A stretch of 56,899 bases of DNA. Origin: an uncultured Vicinamibacteraceae bacterium (GTDB lineage Bacteria; Acidobacteriota; Vicinamibacteria; Vicinamibacterales; UBA8438). The position numbers and the translations under genes are program-made. Under the pieces are notes generated by a model, which was not told the DNA's origin, did not search any database, and saw only the letters and a list, made by a program, of their open reading frames with translations. Location: assembly GCA_964569405.1 (NCBI GenBank), contig CAZMWA010000108.1:1-56899 (forward strand), in the 5' to 3' direction. Below, in pieces: positions 8,467 through 17,693 of this stretch (position 1 is its first letter; every line of letters begins with the position of its first letter).

Positions 8467-8898
8467 GTGATGGCCGCAACCATCGTTGCCGCCACCCTGC
8501 TCTCCCTGCTCGCCGTCGGCCTGCACTACGAAGCGCTGGTGCTCGCCTCGGCGGCGGTGCGCGGCCTGCCGCCCGGCTCGGCGCGCTTCGGTGTCGCGCT
8601 GGCAGTCGTCCTGGCGCTGGTGGCGCACATCGTCGAGGTCGTCGTCTTCGGCGTCGGGTGGTACGGGCTGATCCGGGCCGGGGTGGTCGCCCTGTCGGTC
8701 GAGTCGCCGACGATGCTCGACGCCGTCTACTTCTCCGGCGCGGTGTACACGTCGCTCGGCTTCGGCGACATCGTGCCGGTCGCCAACGGCGAGATCCTGG
8801 CGGTGTCCGAGGCGGTCACCGGGCTCGTGCTGATCGGCTGGACCGCATCGTTCACCTTCTTCCAGATGCGGGAGCGCTGGGAGCCGGACCGCGGCTGA
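8467..8898 (+). CDS. Two-TM ion-channel family protein (K+ channel pore-like)
   Basis: 143 aa, hydrophobic, with the pore-like signature YTSLGFGDIVP between two TM helices. Confidence 0.6.
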   Translation: MMAATIVAATLLSLLAVGLHYEALVLASAAVRGLPPGSARFGVALAVVLALVAHIVEVVVFGVGWYGLIRAGVVALSVESPTMLDAVYFSGAVYTSLGFGDIVPVANGEILAVSEAVTGLVLIGWTASFTFFQMRERWEPDRG

Positions 8899-8914
8899 GG
8901 GACCGGCCGGCCGG

Positions 8915-10435
8915 TTACTGGCCGGAGCTGCTCGCCAGCTCGCGCCGTCCGCGCTCGAACAACTGGCGGACGCGGTTGCTGGCCCGGAATTCCGCGAGGA
9001 TGGCGGACCGGAGGCTGGCGGTGAGGCTGTCGAGAATGAAGCCCAGCGTCGTCGCCATCACCGTGCCCTCCTCGGTGCCGGTGTCGGCGAAGCGCCGCCG
9101 GAACGACCGCAGCGTGGCCTCGAACCCGGCCTCGTGCCACTCGTGCACGCTGGCGTCGAGACGGACGAACTCGTCGAGGACGGCCGCATACTCCGGACTT
9201 GGCGGCCGGTGCCAGAACGACACGTCGGGACCGAGCGCTTCGACGTACTCCGGCAGGTAGACGGCGGCCCGCGCCGGCACGCGCCGCACCAGCGCCGGGT
9301 TGTAGCGCTTGGCCTCGTCGCTCGACAGGCCGCTCGCGCGCGCCACGGTCGCCAGCGACGTGTTGCGGGGCACGCGCATGGCGTAGACCCGCGACTGCGG
9401 CATCTCGTCGATCAGCCGCTCGACGGTGTGGACGTTGCCGAAGATCATCTCCGCGTACAGCGCCGAGCGCGGGCCGTAGGTGCGGAAGAGATCCCGGTAG
9501 CGGCGGATGGAGATCTCGCGCAGCGAGCGCGCGAACTCGGAGCCCAGCAGATACTGCTCGCGCGTGTCCCGGCCGCCGAGCCGCTCGCCGTTGATGACCG
9601 TGCGGCCCACGTTCACCCCGCCGGCGTGATGCTCCGAGAGCGCGGGAATGAAGCTGCCGTACATCGTGGCCAGGATGCTGAGGTGGGCCGCGCAGAACGG
9701 CGCCTGCGTGGTCTGGTTGTAGCCCTCGATGACGTACGGCGACAGGCGCTTGAGGAAGTTCCAGTTGCGCGGCAGCCACTGGCACAGGCCGAGCGCGCGC
9801 GCCGAGGAGCGAGCCCGGCCGTTCAGGCCCGACTCGACGACGGCCTGCGCCAGGCCGATTTCGGCCGGCACGCCGAACCGCTCGTAGATGAGGCCCCACT
9901 CGCGCAGGAAGTTTCCGTAGCGCCGGGCGTGCGGCGCCAGGAACCGGCCGCGCGCCGGGTTGTGCACTACCGGCCCGACCCGCGGCGCGAGCAACTCCTC
10001 GAGCCGCTCCCGGCGATCGCTCAGCCGCCGCGGCAGCCGCCGCCCGGCCAGCAGGTCGGCCAGCCCGGGATCGGTCCACTCGCCGTCGCGGGCCCAGTTG
10101 CCCCGCGTCGGAAACGTGGCGAGCAGCCGCCCGTCCGCGCCGCTGCCGAAGACGATGTGCCCGTCCGGAATGGAGAAGATGTGCTGCCAGAACGAGTAGT
10201 GCGGCCTGGTCTCGTCCAGCGCCGCCAGGTCGGCCTCGTAGCGCGCGCGAGAGAAGGCCGCGTAGGCGGGAATCGACGGCGCAGGCGCGGCAGTCGGCTC
10301 AGCGGCCGCGGGAACCAGTTGCTCGGCCGGCGGCGGCTCCTCGTCCGTCTGCGCGCGCAACGGGGCGCCCCCCCACTCCGCACCCGCAACGAGTACGCCG
10401 AGCGCCGCCAGGAACGCCGCCGCCCGCCGGGACAT
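8915..10435 (-). CDS. Lytic murein transglycosylase (SLT domain) with LysM-like C-terminal segment, MltD-like
   Basis: ORF 8915..10531. ATG 10435 gives the signal peptide MSRRAAAFLAALGVLVAGA. SLT motifs AVVESGLN and GLCQWLP. LysM-like segment SLATVARASGLSSDEAKRYNPAL. Confidence 0.75.
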   Translation of the reverse strand: MSRRAAAFLAALGVLVAGAEWGGAPLRAQTDEEPPPAEQLVPAAAEPTAAPAPSIPAYAAFSRARYEADLAALDETRPHYSFWQHIFSIPDGHIVFGSGADGRLLATFPTRGNWARDGEWTDPGLADLLAGRRLPRRLSDRRERLEELLAPRVGPVVHNPARGRFLAPHARRYGNFLREWGLIYERFGVPAEIGLAQAVVESGLNGRARSSARALGLCQWLPRNWNFLKRLSPYVIEGYNQTTQAPFCAAHLSILATMYGSFIPALSEHHAGGVNVGRTVINGERLGGRDTREQYLLGSEFARSLREISIRRYRDLFRTYGPRSALYAEMIFGNVHTVERLIDEMPQSRVYAMRVPRNTSLATVARASGLSSDEAKRYNPALVRRVPARAAVYLPEYVEALGPDVSFWHRPPSPEYAAVLDEFVRLDASVHEWHEAGFEATLRSFRRRFADTGTEEGTVMATTLGFILDSLTASLRSAILAEFRASNRVRQLFERGRRELASSSGQ

Positions 10436-10549
10436 CACCCGACGACCGGTCACCCAATCTCCCAAGGGGCAGGCTGACTCACCGCCATTGGTGGTAATTA
10501 TACGGATTTTTTCCGGATTGCACAGCTTCACACGATTGCACGGAAATTC

Positions 10550-11299
10550 TCACGCCGCGCCGAAGCGTTTCGCGTCGGCCGACGCGTAGCTCGCCATCGC
10601 GCGGTCGAGGCCGACCGTGGCTTCCAGCGTCTCGACCACCTCCGCGAGCCGCTGCCCCGGAATGACGCACGTCATCTCCTCGGACCGCATCCCGGTGCGC
10701 GAGCGGCTGAGCGCGCAGCCCACGCTGGCCGCCACGAGACTCCCCTCCCGCGCCATGGCCACGATGTGGCACTGCGGCTTGCCCTCGATCGGCATGTCCG
10801 GAAAGGCGTCCTTCAACGTCATCAGCCCGAGCCCGTTGATGCGCAGCAGCACGACGTCGGGAGCCGTCCGGCGCTCCGCGAGCGGGCCGTAGACCACCGC
10901 GTCGGGCTTCTCCGCGACGTGCGGCAGGCTCATCACCGCCGCCTGATCGACCCAGCCGGCCTCGAGGACCGCCCCCACGTCGTCCCTGGCGGCCGCCTCC
11001 TCGAGCGTCAGGAAACCGTGCGTGTAGCTCCCGACGCTGCAGTTCGCGTGATCCGCCGCCGCCGTGGCGAACGTGCGCTCAGCGCCGTGCACCCAGAAGA
11101 CGCAGCCCGCGGGCACCTGGCCGGTGCGCCCGTGCTCGTTCGGCTCGGGATAACGAGGTTGCACGCGCGCAGCGGGCACCGGCTCGCCGGGCGCGTGGAA
11201 GGAGATTGCCACGGGCGGCGCGAACGGCTTCAGCGCGGCGACGAGACGATCGTTCAATGCTTGCCAGTCGGCCGTCGGAACGGTGTCTGAGCTTGCCAT
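10550..11299 (-). CDS. DUF169 family protein
   Basis: 249-aa tail of ORF 10550..12781, starting MASSDTVPTADWQAL. Overall pattern (CVFW, NCSVGSYTHGF, CHIVAMA) resembles DUF169. Confidence 0.65.
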   Translation of the reverse strand: MASSDTVPTADWQALNDRLVAALKPFAPPVAISFHAPGEPVPAARVQPRYPEPNEHGRTGQVPAGCVFWVHGAERTFATAAADHANCSVGSYTHGFLTLEEAAARDDVGAVLEAGWVDQAAVMSLPHVAEKPDAVVYGPLAERRTAPDVVLLRINGLGLMTLKDAFPDMPIEGKPQCHIVAMAREGSLVAASVGCALSRSRTGMRSEEMTCVIPGQRLAEVVETLEATVGLDRAMASYASADAKRFGAA

Positions 11300-11305
11300 G
11301 CGATG

Positions 11306-11311
11306 ATTATA
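11306..11311 (-). promoter_or_regulatory. Perfect TATAAT -10 box 6 nt upstream of the DUF169 ATG (leaderless-type geometry)
   Basis: Minus strand reads TATAAT-CATCGC-ATG with no Shine-Dalgarno. The plus strand at the same spot offers GATTAT-7 nt-ATG(11318). Confidence 0.45.
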
Positions 11312-11317
11312 GGGACG

Positions 11318-12061
11318 ATGCCGGACGAGCGACAGGAACGCCTCTGCACCGGGAGCCGCTGGAGCTTCTCCGATCTGTCGGCCCTCTTTCTCAACTGCAC
11401 GCTGAAGCGCAGTCCCGAGCTGTCGCACACCGAAGGACTGATCCGCATCTCGCGGGCCATCATGGAGCGGAACGGCGTCGACGTCGAGCTGCTGCGGCCG
11501 GTCGACTACACCATCGCCGCCGGCGTGTACCCGGACATGCGCGAGCACGGGTGGGAGCGGGACGACTGGCCCGGGATCCTGGAGAAGGTGCTGGCGGCCG
11601 ACATCCTCGTGATCGGCACGAGCATCTGGCTCGGCGAGAAGACCTCGGTCGCCACGCGGGTGGTCGAACGCCTGTACTCCGCGTCGCACCACCTGAACGC
11701 GCACGGGCAGTACGCCTACTACGGCCGCGTGGGGGGCTGCCTCGTCACGGGCAACGAGGACGGCGCCAAGCACTGCGCCATGAACCTGCTCTACTCGCTG
11801 CAGCATCTCGGCTACGTCATCCCCCCGCAGGCCGACGCCGCCTGGGTCGGCGAGGCGGGCCCCGGGCCGTCCTACCTGGACGCGGGCTCGGGCGGTCCCG
11901 AGAACGACTTCACCAACCGCAACACCACCTTCATGACGTGGAACCTGTTGCACATGGCGCGCATGATCAAGGATGCGGGAGGCATTCCGGCGCACGGCAA
12001 CCAGCGCTCCGAGTGGGACGCCGGCTGCCGGTTCGACCACCCGAATCCGCTGTACCGCTAG
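11318..12061 (+). CDS. Flavodoxin-like fold NAD(P)H-dependent FMN reductase family protein
   Basis: ORF 11303..12061. Motifs LFLNCTLKRSP and ADILVIGTSIWLGEKTS. ATG 11318 is preferred because 11303 lies inside the opposing -10 box; the start is uncertain. Confidence 0.7.
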   Translation: MPDERQERLCTGSRWSFSDLSALFLNCTLKRSPELSHTEGLIRISRAIMERNGVDVELLRPVDYTIAAGVYPDMREHGWERDDWPGILEKVLAADILVIGTSIWLGEKTSVATRVVERLYSASHHLNAHGQYAYYGRVGGCLVTGNEDGAKHCAMNLLYSLQHLGYVIPPQADAAWVGEAGPGPSYLDAGSGGPENDFTNRNTTFMTWNLLHMARMIKDAGGIPAHGNQRSEWDAGCRFDHPNPLYR

Positions 12062-12072
12062 CCACCGCCGTA

Positions 12073-12102
12073 GTCCCGCCCGCGACGCGTCGCGGGCGGG
12101 AC
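12073..12102 (+). terminator. 30-nt perfect GC-rich palindrome just after the stop codon
   Basis: GTCCCGCCCGCGACG/CGTCGCGGGCGGGAC begins 11 nt after the TAG at 12059-12061. No T-tract follows. Confidence 0.4.
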
Positions 12103-12148
12103 CGGCGACGCGCCGGAGCGCGGCCGCCGCGGGGCCGAGAGACCCAGC

Positions 12149-12838
12149 GTGACCAACCGGACGAACGCGACGCCGCCCGGCACGGCTACCGCCGTGCACA
12201 CGATCGAGGCGGCCACGCACGGCCGGTACCTGGTCGAGCCGCCCGGCGCGCCGCGGGCGGCACCGCTCCTGGTCGGGTTCCACGGCTACGGCGAGCACGC
12301 CGAGCGGCACCTCGCCGAGCTGCGGCGGATTCCCGGCAGCGAGCGCTGGCTGCGCGTCGCGGTGCAGTCGCTGCACCGCCACTACAGCGCCGACCGCCGG
12401 CACGTCGTCGGCAGTTGGATGACGCGCCAGGATCGCGAGCTCGCCATCGCCGACAACGTCGCCTACGTGCGCGCCGTGGTCGACGCCGTCCGGCAGCACT
12501 ACGCGGCCGCGGCGACGCTCGTCTACTGCGGCTTCTCGCAGGGCGTCGCGATGGCGTACCGCGCGGCCCTGCGCGGGGGGCATGCCTGCCACGGCGTGAT
12601 CGCCCTCGCCGGCGACGTGCCCCCCGAGCTGCGGACCGAGCCGGCCGCGGCGTGGCCCCCCATCCTGATTGGCCGGGGGCGCACCGACGCCTGGTACACG
12701 CAGGACAAGCTGGAGGACGACCTGGCGTCCCTCGAGCGCGCCGGCGCGCCGGCGGAGGCGCTCGTGTTCGACGGCGGCCACGAGTGGACCCCGGCGTTCC
12801 GCGACGCGGCGGGACGCTTCCTGGCAAGGCTGTGCTGA
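12149..12838 (+). CDS. Alpha/beta hydrolase (phospholipase/carboxylesterase-like)
   Basis: GTG start. Nucleophile elbow GFSQG. LLVGFHGYGE oxyanion-region pattern. Confidence 0.75.
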   Translation: MTNRTNATPPGTATAVHTIEAATHGRYLVEPPGAPRAAPLLVGFHGYGEHAERHLAELRRIPGSERWLRVAVQSLHRHYSADRRHVVGSWMTRQDRELAIADNVAYVRAVVDAVRQHYAAAATLVYCGFSQGVAMAYRAALRGGHACHGVIALAGDVPPELRTEPAAAWPPILIGRGRTDAWYTQDKLEDDLASLERAGAPAEALVFDGGHEWTPAFRDAAGRFLARLC

Positions 12839-13554
12839 CGGCCACCCCGTTTGCGGTCGCGCTCGGCGACGGCGATGCGGTCCGCGCGCTCGCCTATCCG
12901 GCCCGAGCGGACGCGCCGGCGGCGCAGACGCTCGTGCTCGCGCACGGCGCCGGCGCGCCGCAGACGCACCCGTTCATGACCGCCTTCGCCCGCGGCCTCG
13001 CCGGCCGCGGGATCGACGTGGTCACCTTCAACTTTCCGTACATGGAACGGAAGCGGCGCGTCCCGGATCGGGCTCCGACACTGGAGGCTTCGTATCGCGC
13101 GGTGCTGCACGCGACGCGCGGGCGCCTGGAGGGCCGCGGGCACCCGCCTCCGCAGCTCATGATCGGCGGCAAGTCCATGGGCGGCCGGATCGCGTCGCAG
13201 ACCGTCGCCGCAGAGGTGCGAGCCGGACGCGACCCCGGTGTGGCGGGCCTGATCTTCCTCGGCTATCCGCTGCACCCGCCGGGACGACCCGACAAGCTGC
13301 GCGCCGCCCACCTGCCGACCATCGCGGCGCCGATGCTCTTCGTCCAGGGCAGCCGGGACGCGTTCGGTCGTCCCGACGAGCTGCGCCCCGTGCTCGCCGA
13401 TTGCGCGGACGCCGAGATCGTCGTCGTCGAGGGCGGCGACCACTCGTTCAGGGTGCGGGGCAGGGAGGCTCCCCCCATCGAGGACGTCTACACGACGGTC
13501 CAGGATGCCTGCGTCGACTGGATGGCCCGGATACGGGGGGACGCCGTCTCCTGA
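12832..13554 (+). CDS. Alpha/beta hydrolase (KANL3/Tex30-like, dienelactone hydrolase-type)
   Basis: GTG 12832 is in frame with ORF 11206..13554 and overlaps the upstream TGA (GTGCTGA). Motifs GGKSMGGR and VQGSRDAFG. Confidence 0.75.
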   Translation: MLTATPFAVALGDGDAVRALAYPARADAPAAQTLVLAHGAGAPQTHPFMTAFARGLAGRGIDVVTFNFPYMERKRRVPDRAPTLEASYRAVLHATRGRLEGRGHPPPQLMIGGKSMGGRIASQTVAAEVRAGRDPGVAGLIFLGYPLHPPGRPDKLRAAHLPTIAAPMLFVQGSRDAFGRPDELRPVLADCADAEIVVVEGGDHSFRVRGREAPPIEDVYTTVQDACVDWMARIRGDAVS

Positions 13555-13622
13555 CACGTTCGATCGGTTCGCGCGCATGGCGCGGAGCGGCTCCGGCAGC
13601 GTCGGCCGCTTGCATTCCTGCG

Positions 13623-14133
13623 CTGACCGAGAGCCTGCCGCTCACGGAGCGCTGCATCACGTTCGGCGTGCCGAACCTGCTGGCCGGCTACAACAGCTAC
13701 TTCCAGATGCTGCAGACCGCGGACCACGTGGTGATCCTCCAGGAGCTCATCCACGACGCGCGCATCATCCCGATCCACGCGCGTGCGCCCCTCGACGCGG
13801 CGATCCGCCAGTGGCACGGCGACTCGCGCGGCCGCTGGGAGGGCAACGCCCTCGTCATCGAGACGACCAACTACTCGGACCGGGCGAGCCTGCGCGGCGC
13901 GTCCCGCAACGCGTACGTGACCGAGCGCCTCGAGCGTGTCGATCCCGAGACGATCCGATTACACCGTCACGTACGACGATCCCGACACGTGGGAGCGGCC
14001 CTGGACGCTGATGATTCCGCTCAGGAGGTCGAGCGCGGAGGACGCTCTCTTCGAGTACGCCTGCCACGAGGGCAACTACGCGATGGAGGGCATCCTGGCC
14101 GGTGCGCGCGCCGAGGAGGCCGGCGCGCGCTGA
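13623..14133 (+). pseudogene. Family A pseudogene: 5'-truncated and frameshifted
   Basis: One frame reads LTERCITFG...RQWHGDSRGRWEGNALVIETTNY...RVDPETI. After an extra C near 13956 the next frame reads DYTVTYDDPDTWERPWTL...FEYACHEGNYAMEGILAGARAEE. The signal peptide and WGDPDLQG region are absent; the upstream gene ends at 13554. Confidence 0.7.
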
Positions 14134-14281
14134 AGGGGCTTTGACGTCGCGGAGCCCCCCGGCCGCGTGCGAGCGCCGACGCGGGTGTCCACCGCGGTGT
14201 ACTGGGCGGTTGTGAGACCCGTGCGGGACTGGTATGTTGTGCGGTGTCGGCTGGCTGGCCCATGTCCCAGGGAGGCACGCG

Positions 14282-15346
14282 ATGAGACTTCGACGTCCGA
14301 CCCACGTCTGGCTGCTGCTCCTTCCGGCGCTCCTCGTCGGCTGCGGGGAATCCGAGATGGCCTCCGAACCGATGGCGGAGGACGCGGCTCCCGAGTACGT
14401 CCCCCCGTCGTTCACGCCCGAGTCGCGCGAGCTCGTCCGGGCCGACATCGAGCGGCTGATGGAGGAGCTGTCCAACTGGGGGCGCTGGGGTCCCGACGAC
14501 CAACTGGGCGCGGCGAACACGATCACGCCGGAGAAGCGCCTCGAGGCGCTGGCGATGGCCAGCGAGGGCATCACCGTGTCGCTCGCGCACCGGGTCCTCA
14601 AGAACGAGGCGGACGACGTGCCGCTGCCGTTCGGGCACAGCATGCTGGGCGTGCCCGACACGTCCGCCGAGCCGGGCTTCTTCGGCGGCGTCAGCGACAA
14701 CTACAACGTCAGCTATCACGGCTACTCCCACAGCCACATCGACTCGCTGTGCCACATCCTGTCGAACGGCAAGATGTACAACGGCTTCTCGCACGACACG
14801 ATCACCGAGGCGGGTTGCGCCAGCGCGTCGATCGACAACCTGCAGGGGGGCATCGTGACGCGCGGCATCCTGTTCGACATCCCGCGCCTCAAGGGCGTGC
14901 CGTATCTCGAGCCTGGCACGCCGATCTACACGGAGGATCTGGACGCCTGGGAGGAGATGGCCGGCCTGACGGTGCGGCCGGGCGACGCGATCTTCATGCG
15001 CACCGGCCGCTGGGCGCGGCGCGCCGAGGTCGGGCCCTGGAACATCTCCCAGAACTCGGCCGGGCTCCACGCCTCGACCATGCCCTGGGTGAAGTCGCGC
15101 GACATCTCGTTCATCGGCAGCGACGCGGCGCTCGACGTCGTCCCGTCGCTGGTGGAGGACGTCAACCTGCCGGTGCACCTGCTGACGATCGTGGCGATGG
15201 GCGTCGACATCTTCGACAACCAGGATCTGGAGGCGCTCGCCGAGACCGCCGCGTCGCTGAACCGGTGGGAGTTCACGTTGATCGCGGCGCCGCTGGCCGT
15301 GGAGGGCGGCACGGGCTCGCCGATCAACGCGCTGGCGATATTCTGA
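14282..15346 (+). CDS. Cyclase-family lipoprotein
   Basis: ATG 14282 after GGGAGG. Lipobox LLVGC in MRLRRPTHVWLLLLPALLVGC. Motifs SNWGRWGPDDQLGAAN and HGYSHSHIDSLCH. Confidence 0.8.
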   Translation: MRLRRPTHVWLLLLPALLVGCGESEMASEPMAEDAAPEYVPPSFTPESRELVRADIERLMEELSNWGRWGPDDQLGAANTITPEKRLEALAMASEGITVSLAHRVLKNEADDVPLPFGHSMLGVPDTSAEPGFFGGVSDNYNVSYHGYSHSHIDSLCHILSNGKMYNGFSHDTITEAGCASASIDNLQGGIVTRGILFDIPRLKGVPYLEPGTPIYTEDLDAWEEMAGLTVRPGDAIFMRTGRWARRAEVGPWNISQNSAGLHASTMPWVKSRDISFIGSDAALDVVPSLVEDVNLPVHLLTIVAMGVDIFDNQDLEALAETAASLNRWEFTLIAAPLAVEGGTGSPINALAIF

Positions 15347-15369
15347 TTCAGGCGGCGAGGAGGACGACG

Positions 15370-16677
15370 ATGAAGGGTACGAACAGCCACCGGCGGCGGT
15401 TTCTGAAGCAGGGCGCGGCGGTGGCGGGGCTGGTGGCGACGCCGCAGGCGCTGGAGCTGGCGGGCGGATCGGCCGCGGCGGCGGCGCAGACGGTCGTCGA
15501 CCACAACGCGCTCGAGAGCGTGCTCTACGGGCGACGCTCGCGCTTCGTCACGACCACGCGTGAGGTCGAGGGGCGCAGCCACAGCGAGCAGACGCTGATC
15601 CGGCCCCACCCGCACCGGCCGAGCGCCAGGACGCCGCTGGCCGAGCTGATCGGCACCATCACGCCGACGCCGCTGCACTTCACGACGCAGCACCACTACG
15701 GCATCCCCGACATCAACCCGGACGAGCACACGCTGCGGATCGAGGGCCTGGTGGAGCGGCCGCTCGTCTTCACGATGGACGAGCTGCGGCGGCTGCCGTT
15801 CGTCTCGCGGGCGTACTTCCTCGAGTGCGTCGGCAACCGGCCGAACCCGCGCGCCGAGACCGTCACGGGCACCCACGGCCGCATGGGCTGCAGCGAGTGG
15901 ACCGGCGTGCCGCTGTCGGTGCTGCTCGACGAGGTCGGGCTGCGCGACGCCGCGTCGTGGATCGTGGCGGAGGCGGCCGACGGCGGGAAGCACACGAAGA
16001 GCATTCCGCTCGGCAAGGCGCTCGACGACGTCCTCGTTGCCTACGGCCAGAACGGCGAGCCGGTGCGGCCCGACCACGGCTACCCGCTGCGGCTGGTGGT
16101 GCCCGGCTTCGAGGGCATCTACAACGTCAAGTGGCTGAAGCGAATCAAGGTGGTCGACCAGCCCTACCTGTCGTTCCAGGAGCATTCGCGCTTCCTGACC
16201 CCGAATCCGAAGACGCAGCGCGACGCCTACGACTTCGGGCCGAACTCGGTCATCACGCAGCCGTCGGGCGGACAGCAGCTCCCGGCGCCCGGCGCCTACG
16301 TCGTCAGCGGCCTCGCCTGGTCGGGCAGCGGCGCGGTGCGGAAGGTGGAGGTGTCGACCGACGGCGGAGCCACCTACCAGGAGGCCGAGCTCGCCGGGCC
16401 GGTGCTGCCGAAGGCGCACACGCGCTTCTACCTGCCCTGGCGCTGGAACGGCGAGGAGGCCGTGCTGCAGTCGCGCTGCCTCGACGAGCGCGACCAGCTC
16501 CAGCCGACCGAGGCGGAGTACGCCCGCTACTGGGAGCTCACGCGGGGCCAGTTGTACGGCACCGTCCAGAGCCAGCTCGGACACTGCAACTGGATTCAGC
16601 CCTGGAAGGTCGGCCGGGACGGCAAGGTCACGAACGGCCTCGAGCCGGTCGACGTCGTCGTCGACGTGCACGCGTAG
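15370..16677 (+). CDS. sorA: Sulfite-oxidase-family molybdopterin oxidoreductase, TAT-exported (SorA-like)
   Basis: TAT motif HRRRFLKQG. Mo-ligand cysteine context YFLECVGNR. YPLRLVVPGFEGIYNVKWLKRI plus a C-terminal dimerisation-type domain. Confidence 0.75.
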   Translation: MKGTNSHRRRFLKQGAAVAGLVATPQALELAGGSAAAAAQTVVDHNALESVLYGRRSRFVTTTREVEGRSHSEQTLIRPHPHRPSARTPLAELIGTITPTPLHFTTQHHYGIPDINPDEHTLRIEGLVERPLVFTMDELRRLPFVSRAYFLECVGNRPNPRAETVTGTHGRMGCSEWTGVPLSVLLDEVGLRDAASWIVAEAADGGKHTKSIPLGKALDDVLVAYGQNGEPVRPDHGYPLRLVVPGFEGIYNVKWLKRIKVVDQPYLSFQEHSRFLTPNPKTQRDAYDFGPNSVITQPSGGQQLPAPGAYVVSGLAWSGSGAVRKVEVSTDGGATYQEAELAGPVLPKAHTRFYLPWRWNGEEAVLQSRCLDERDQLQPTEAEYARYWELTRGQLYGTVQSQLGHCNWIQPWKVGRDGKVTNGLEPVDVVVDVHA

Positions 16678-16681
16678 GACG

Positions 16682-17275
16682 ATGCAGGGCAATACGATGA
16701 GCGAGCGGCACATCGCGCGCTGGGCGGTCGTCGCGCTGCTGGCAGCCGCCCTGCTGTCGGGCGGGGCGCTGCAGGCGCAGGAGACGGCGTCGCCCTCGGG
16801 GCTCGGCCGCCCGCTCACGGAGGCCGAGCAGCACGACCGGATCGTCGGGCCGGAAGGGGCCGATCTGCCCCCCGGCAGCGGCACGGCTGCCGAGGGGGAG
16901 ATGGTGTTCGCGCGGCGGGGCTGCGCCAACTGCCACGGTCCGACCGGCGTGGAGGGACCGTCCATCGTGCTCGTCGACGGCGACGTCACGACGCGCAGCA
17001 ACTACTTCCCCATCCGCTTCTGGCCGTTCGCGCCGAGCATCTGGGACTACATTCGCCGCGTCATGCCGTACGACCGGCCGGGGGTTCTCAGCGACGACGA
17101 GACCTACGCGGTGACGGCCTGGCTCCTCTACCGGAACGGCATCATCCAGCAGGAAGAGGTCATGACCGCCGAGACCCTGCCCGAGGTCAGGATGCCGGGC
17201 CGCGAAGACTATAAGGCGCCCGGCACCTGGACCCCCGACACGCGGCGCGGCTTCCGGATCCTGCCGGAGCCGTGA
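16682..17275 (+). CDS. sorB: Monohaem cytochrome c, likely electron acceptor subunit (SorB-like)
   Basis: Signal peptide and a single CANCH haem motif. Starts 4 nt after the sorA-like stop. Confidence 0.65.
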   Translation: MQGNTMSERHIARWAVVALLAAALLSGGALQAQETASPSGLGRPLTEAEQHDRIVGPEGADLPPGSGTAAEGEMVFARRGCANCHGPTGVEGPSIVLVDGDVTTRSNYFPIRFWPFAPSIWDYIRRVMPYDRPGVLSDDETYAVTAWLLYRNGIIQQEEVMTAETLPEVRMPGREDYKAPGTWTPDTRRGFRILPEP

Positions 17276-17474
17276 TCGACCGGCTGCCCGGACGGACGAT
17301 GCTCGCACGGCACTCGGCGGCCGTCGCGGCAACCGTCCGCGCCGACGGGAGCTCTCGCTCGTCCTTCCCGTGGCGCGCCTCACACCTGTGATCCCGGGGA
17401 GATCTGCGTCCGCCGCAAGTCGGCACCCGCCCGGCTTGCCTCTCAACCCCGAGAGCATCGAAGCAGACACGTTC

Positions 17475-17693
17475 ATGGCGGCCTTCGACGCTCGGCACCC
17501 GAACGAGGAAGAACAGCGCGTCCTGCGATACGCTCGCGCCGACGGCACCGCGCGAGGCGTAATCGCGTGCGATCATGACACGATGAGCGATCCGGACGCG
17601 TTTCTGGCGGCCATCGCGCACGGCTTCGGGGCCGCCAAGGCCTACGGTTGCGGTCTGATGCTCATTCGGCGGGCGTCGCAGGGAATGGCATGA
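17475..17693 (+). CDS. Small hypothetical protein translationally coupled to the PHP-ATPase gene
   Basis: ORF 17370..17693 (GTG 17370, or ATG 17475 reading MAAFDARHPNEEEQRVL...). Its TGA overlaps the downstream ATG (ATGA at 17690-17693). No recognisable domain. Confidence 0.35.
   Translation: MAAFDARHPNEEEQRVLRYARADGTARGVIACDHDTMSDPDAFLAAIAHGFGAAKAYGCGLMLIRRASQGMA

Noticed and set aside
4412-8628. Long minus-strand ORFs 4412..6409 and 6484..8628, and the plus-strand read-through ORF 4426..7476
   Set aside because: They are antisense or out of frame to the PQQ dehydrogenase, cyclase and family A genes. Composition is dominated by R, A, G, P and V. Only the last third of 4426..7476 (from ATG 6505) is genuine.
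8902-8915. Short GC palindromes (ACCGGCCGGCCGGT at 8902-8915; CCGCGGCCGCGG near 53027-53038) as terminators
   Set aside because: The stems are too short, have no loop and no T-tract. Such palindromes are frequent in GC-rich DNA.
13950-13960. Programmed ribosomal frameshift in the family A copy
   Set aside because: No slippery heptamer or downstream structure is evident. The gene also lacks its entire N-terminal half and start, so pseudogenisation or a sequencing indel is the simpler reading.
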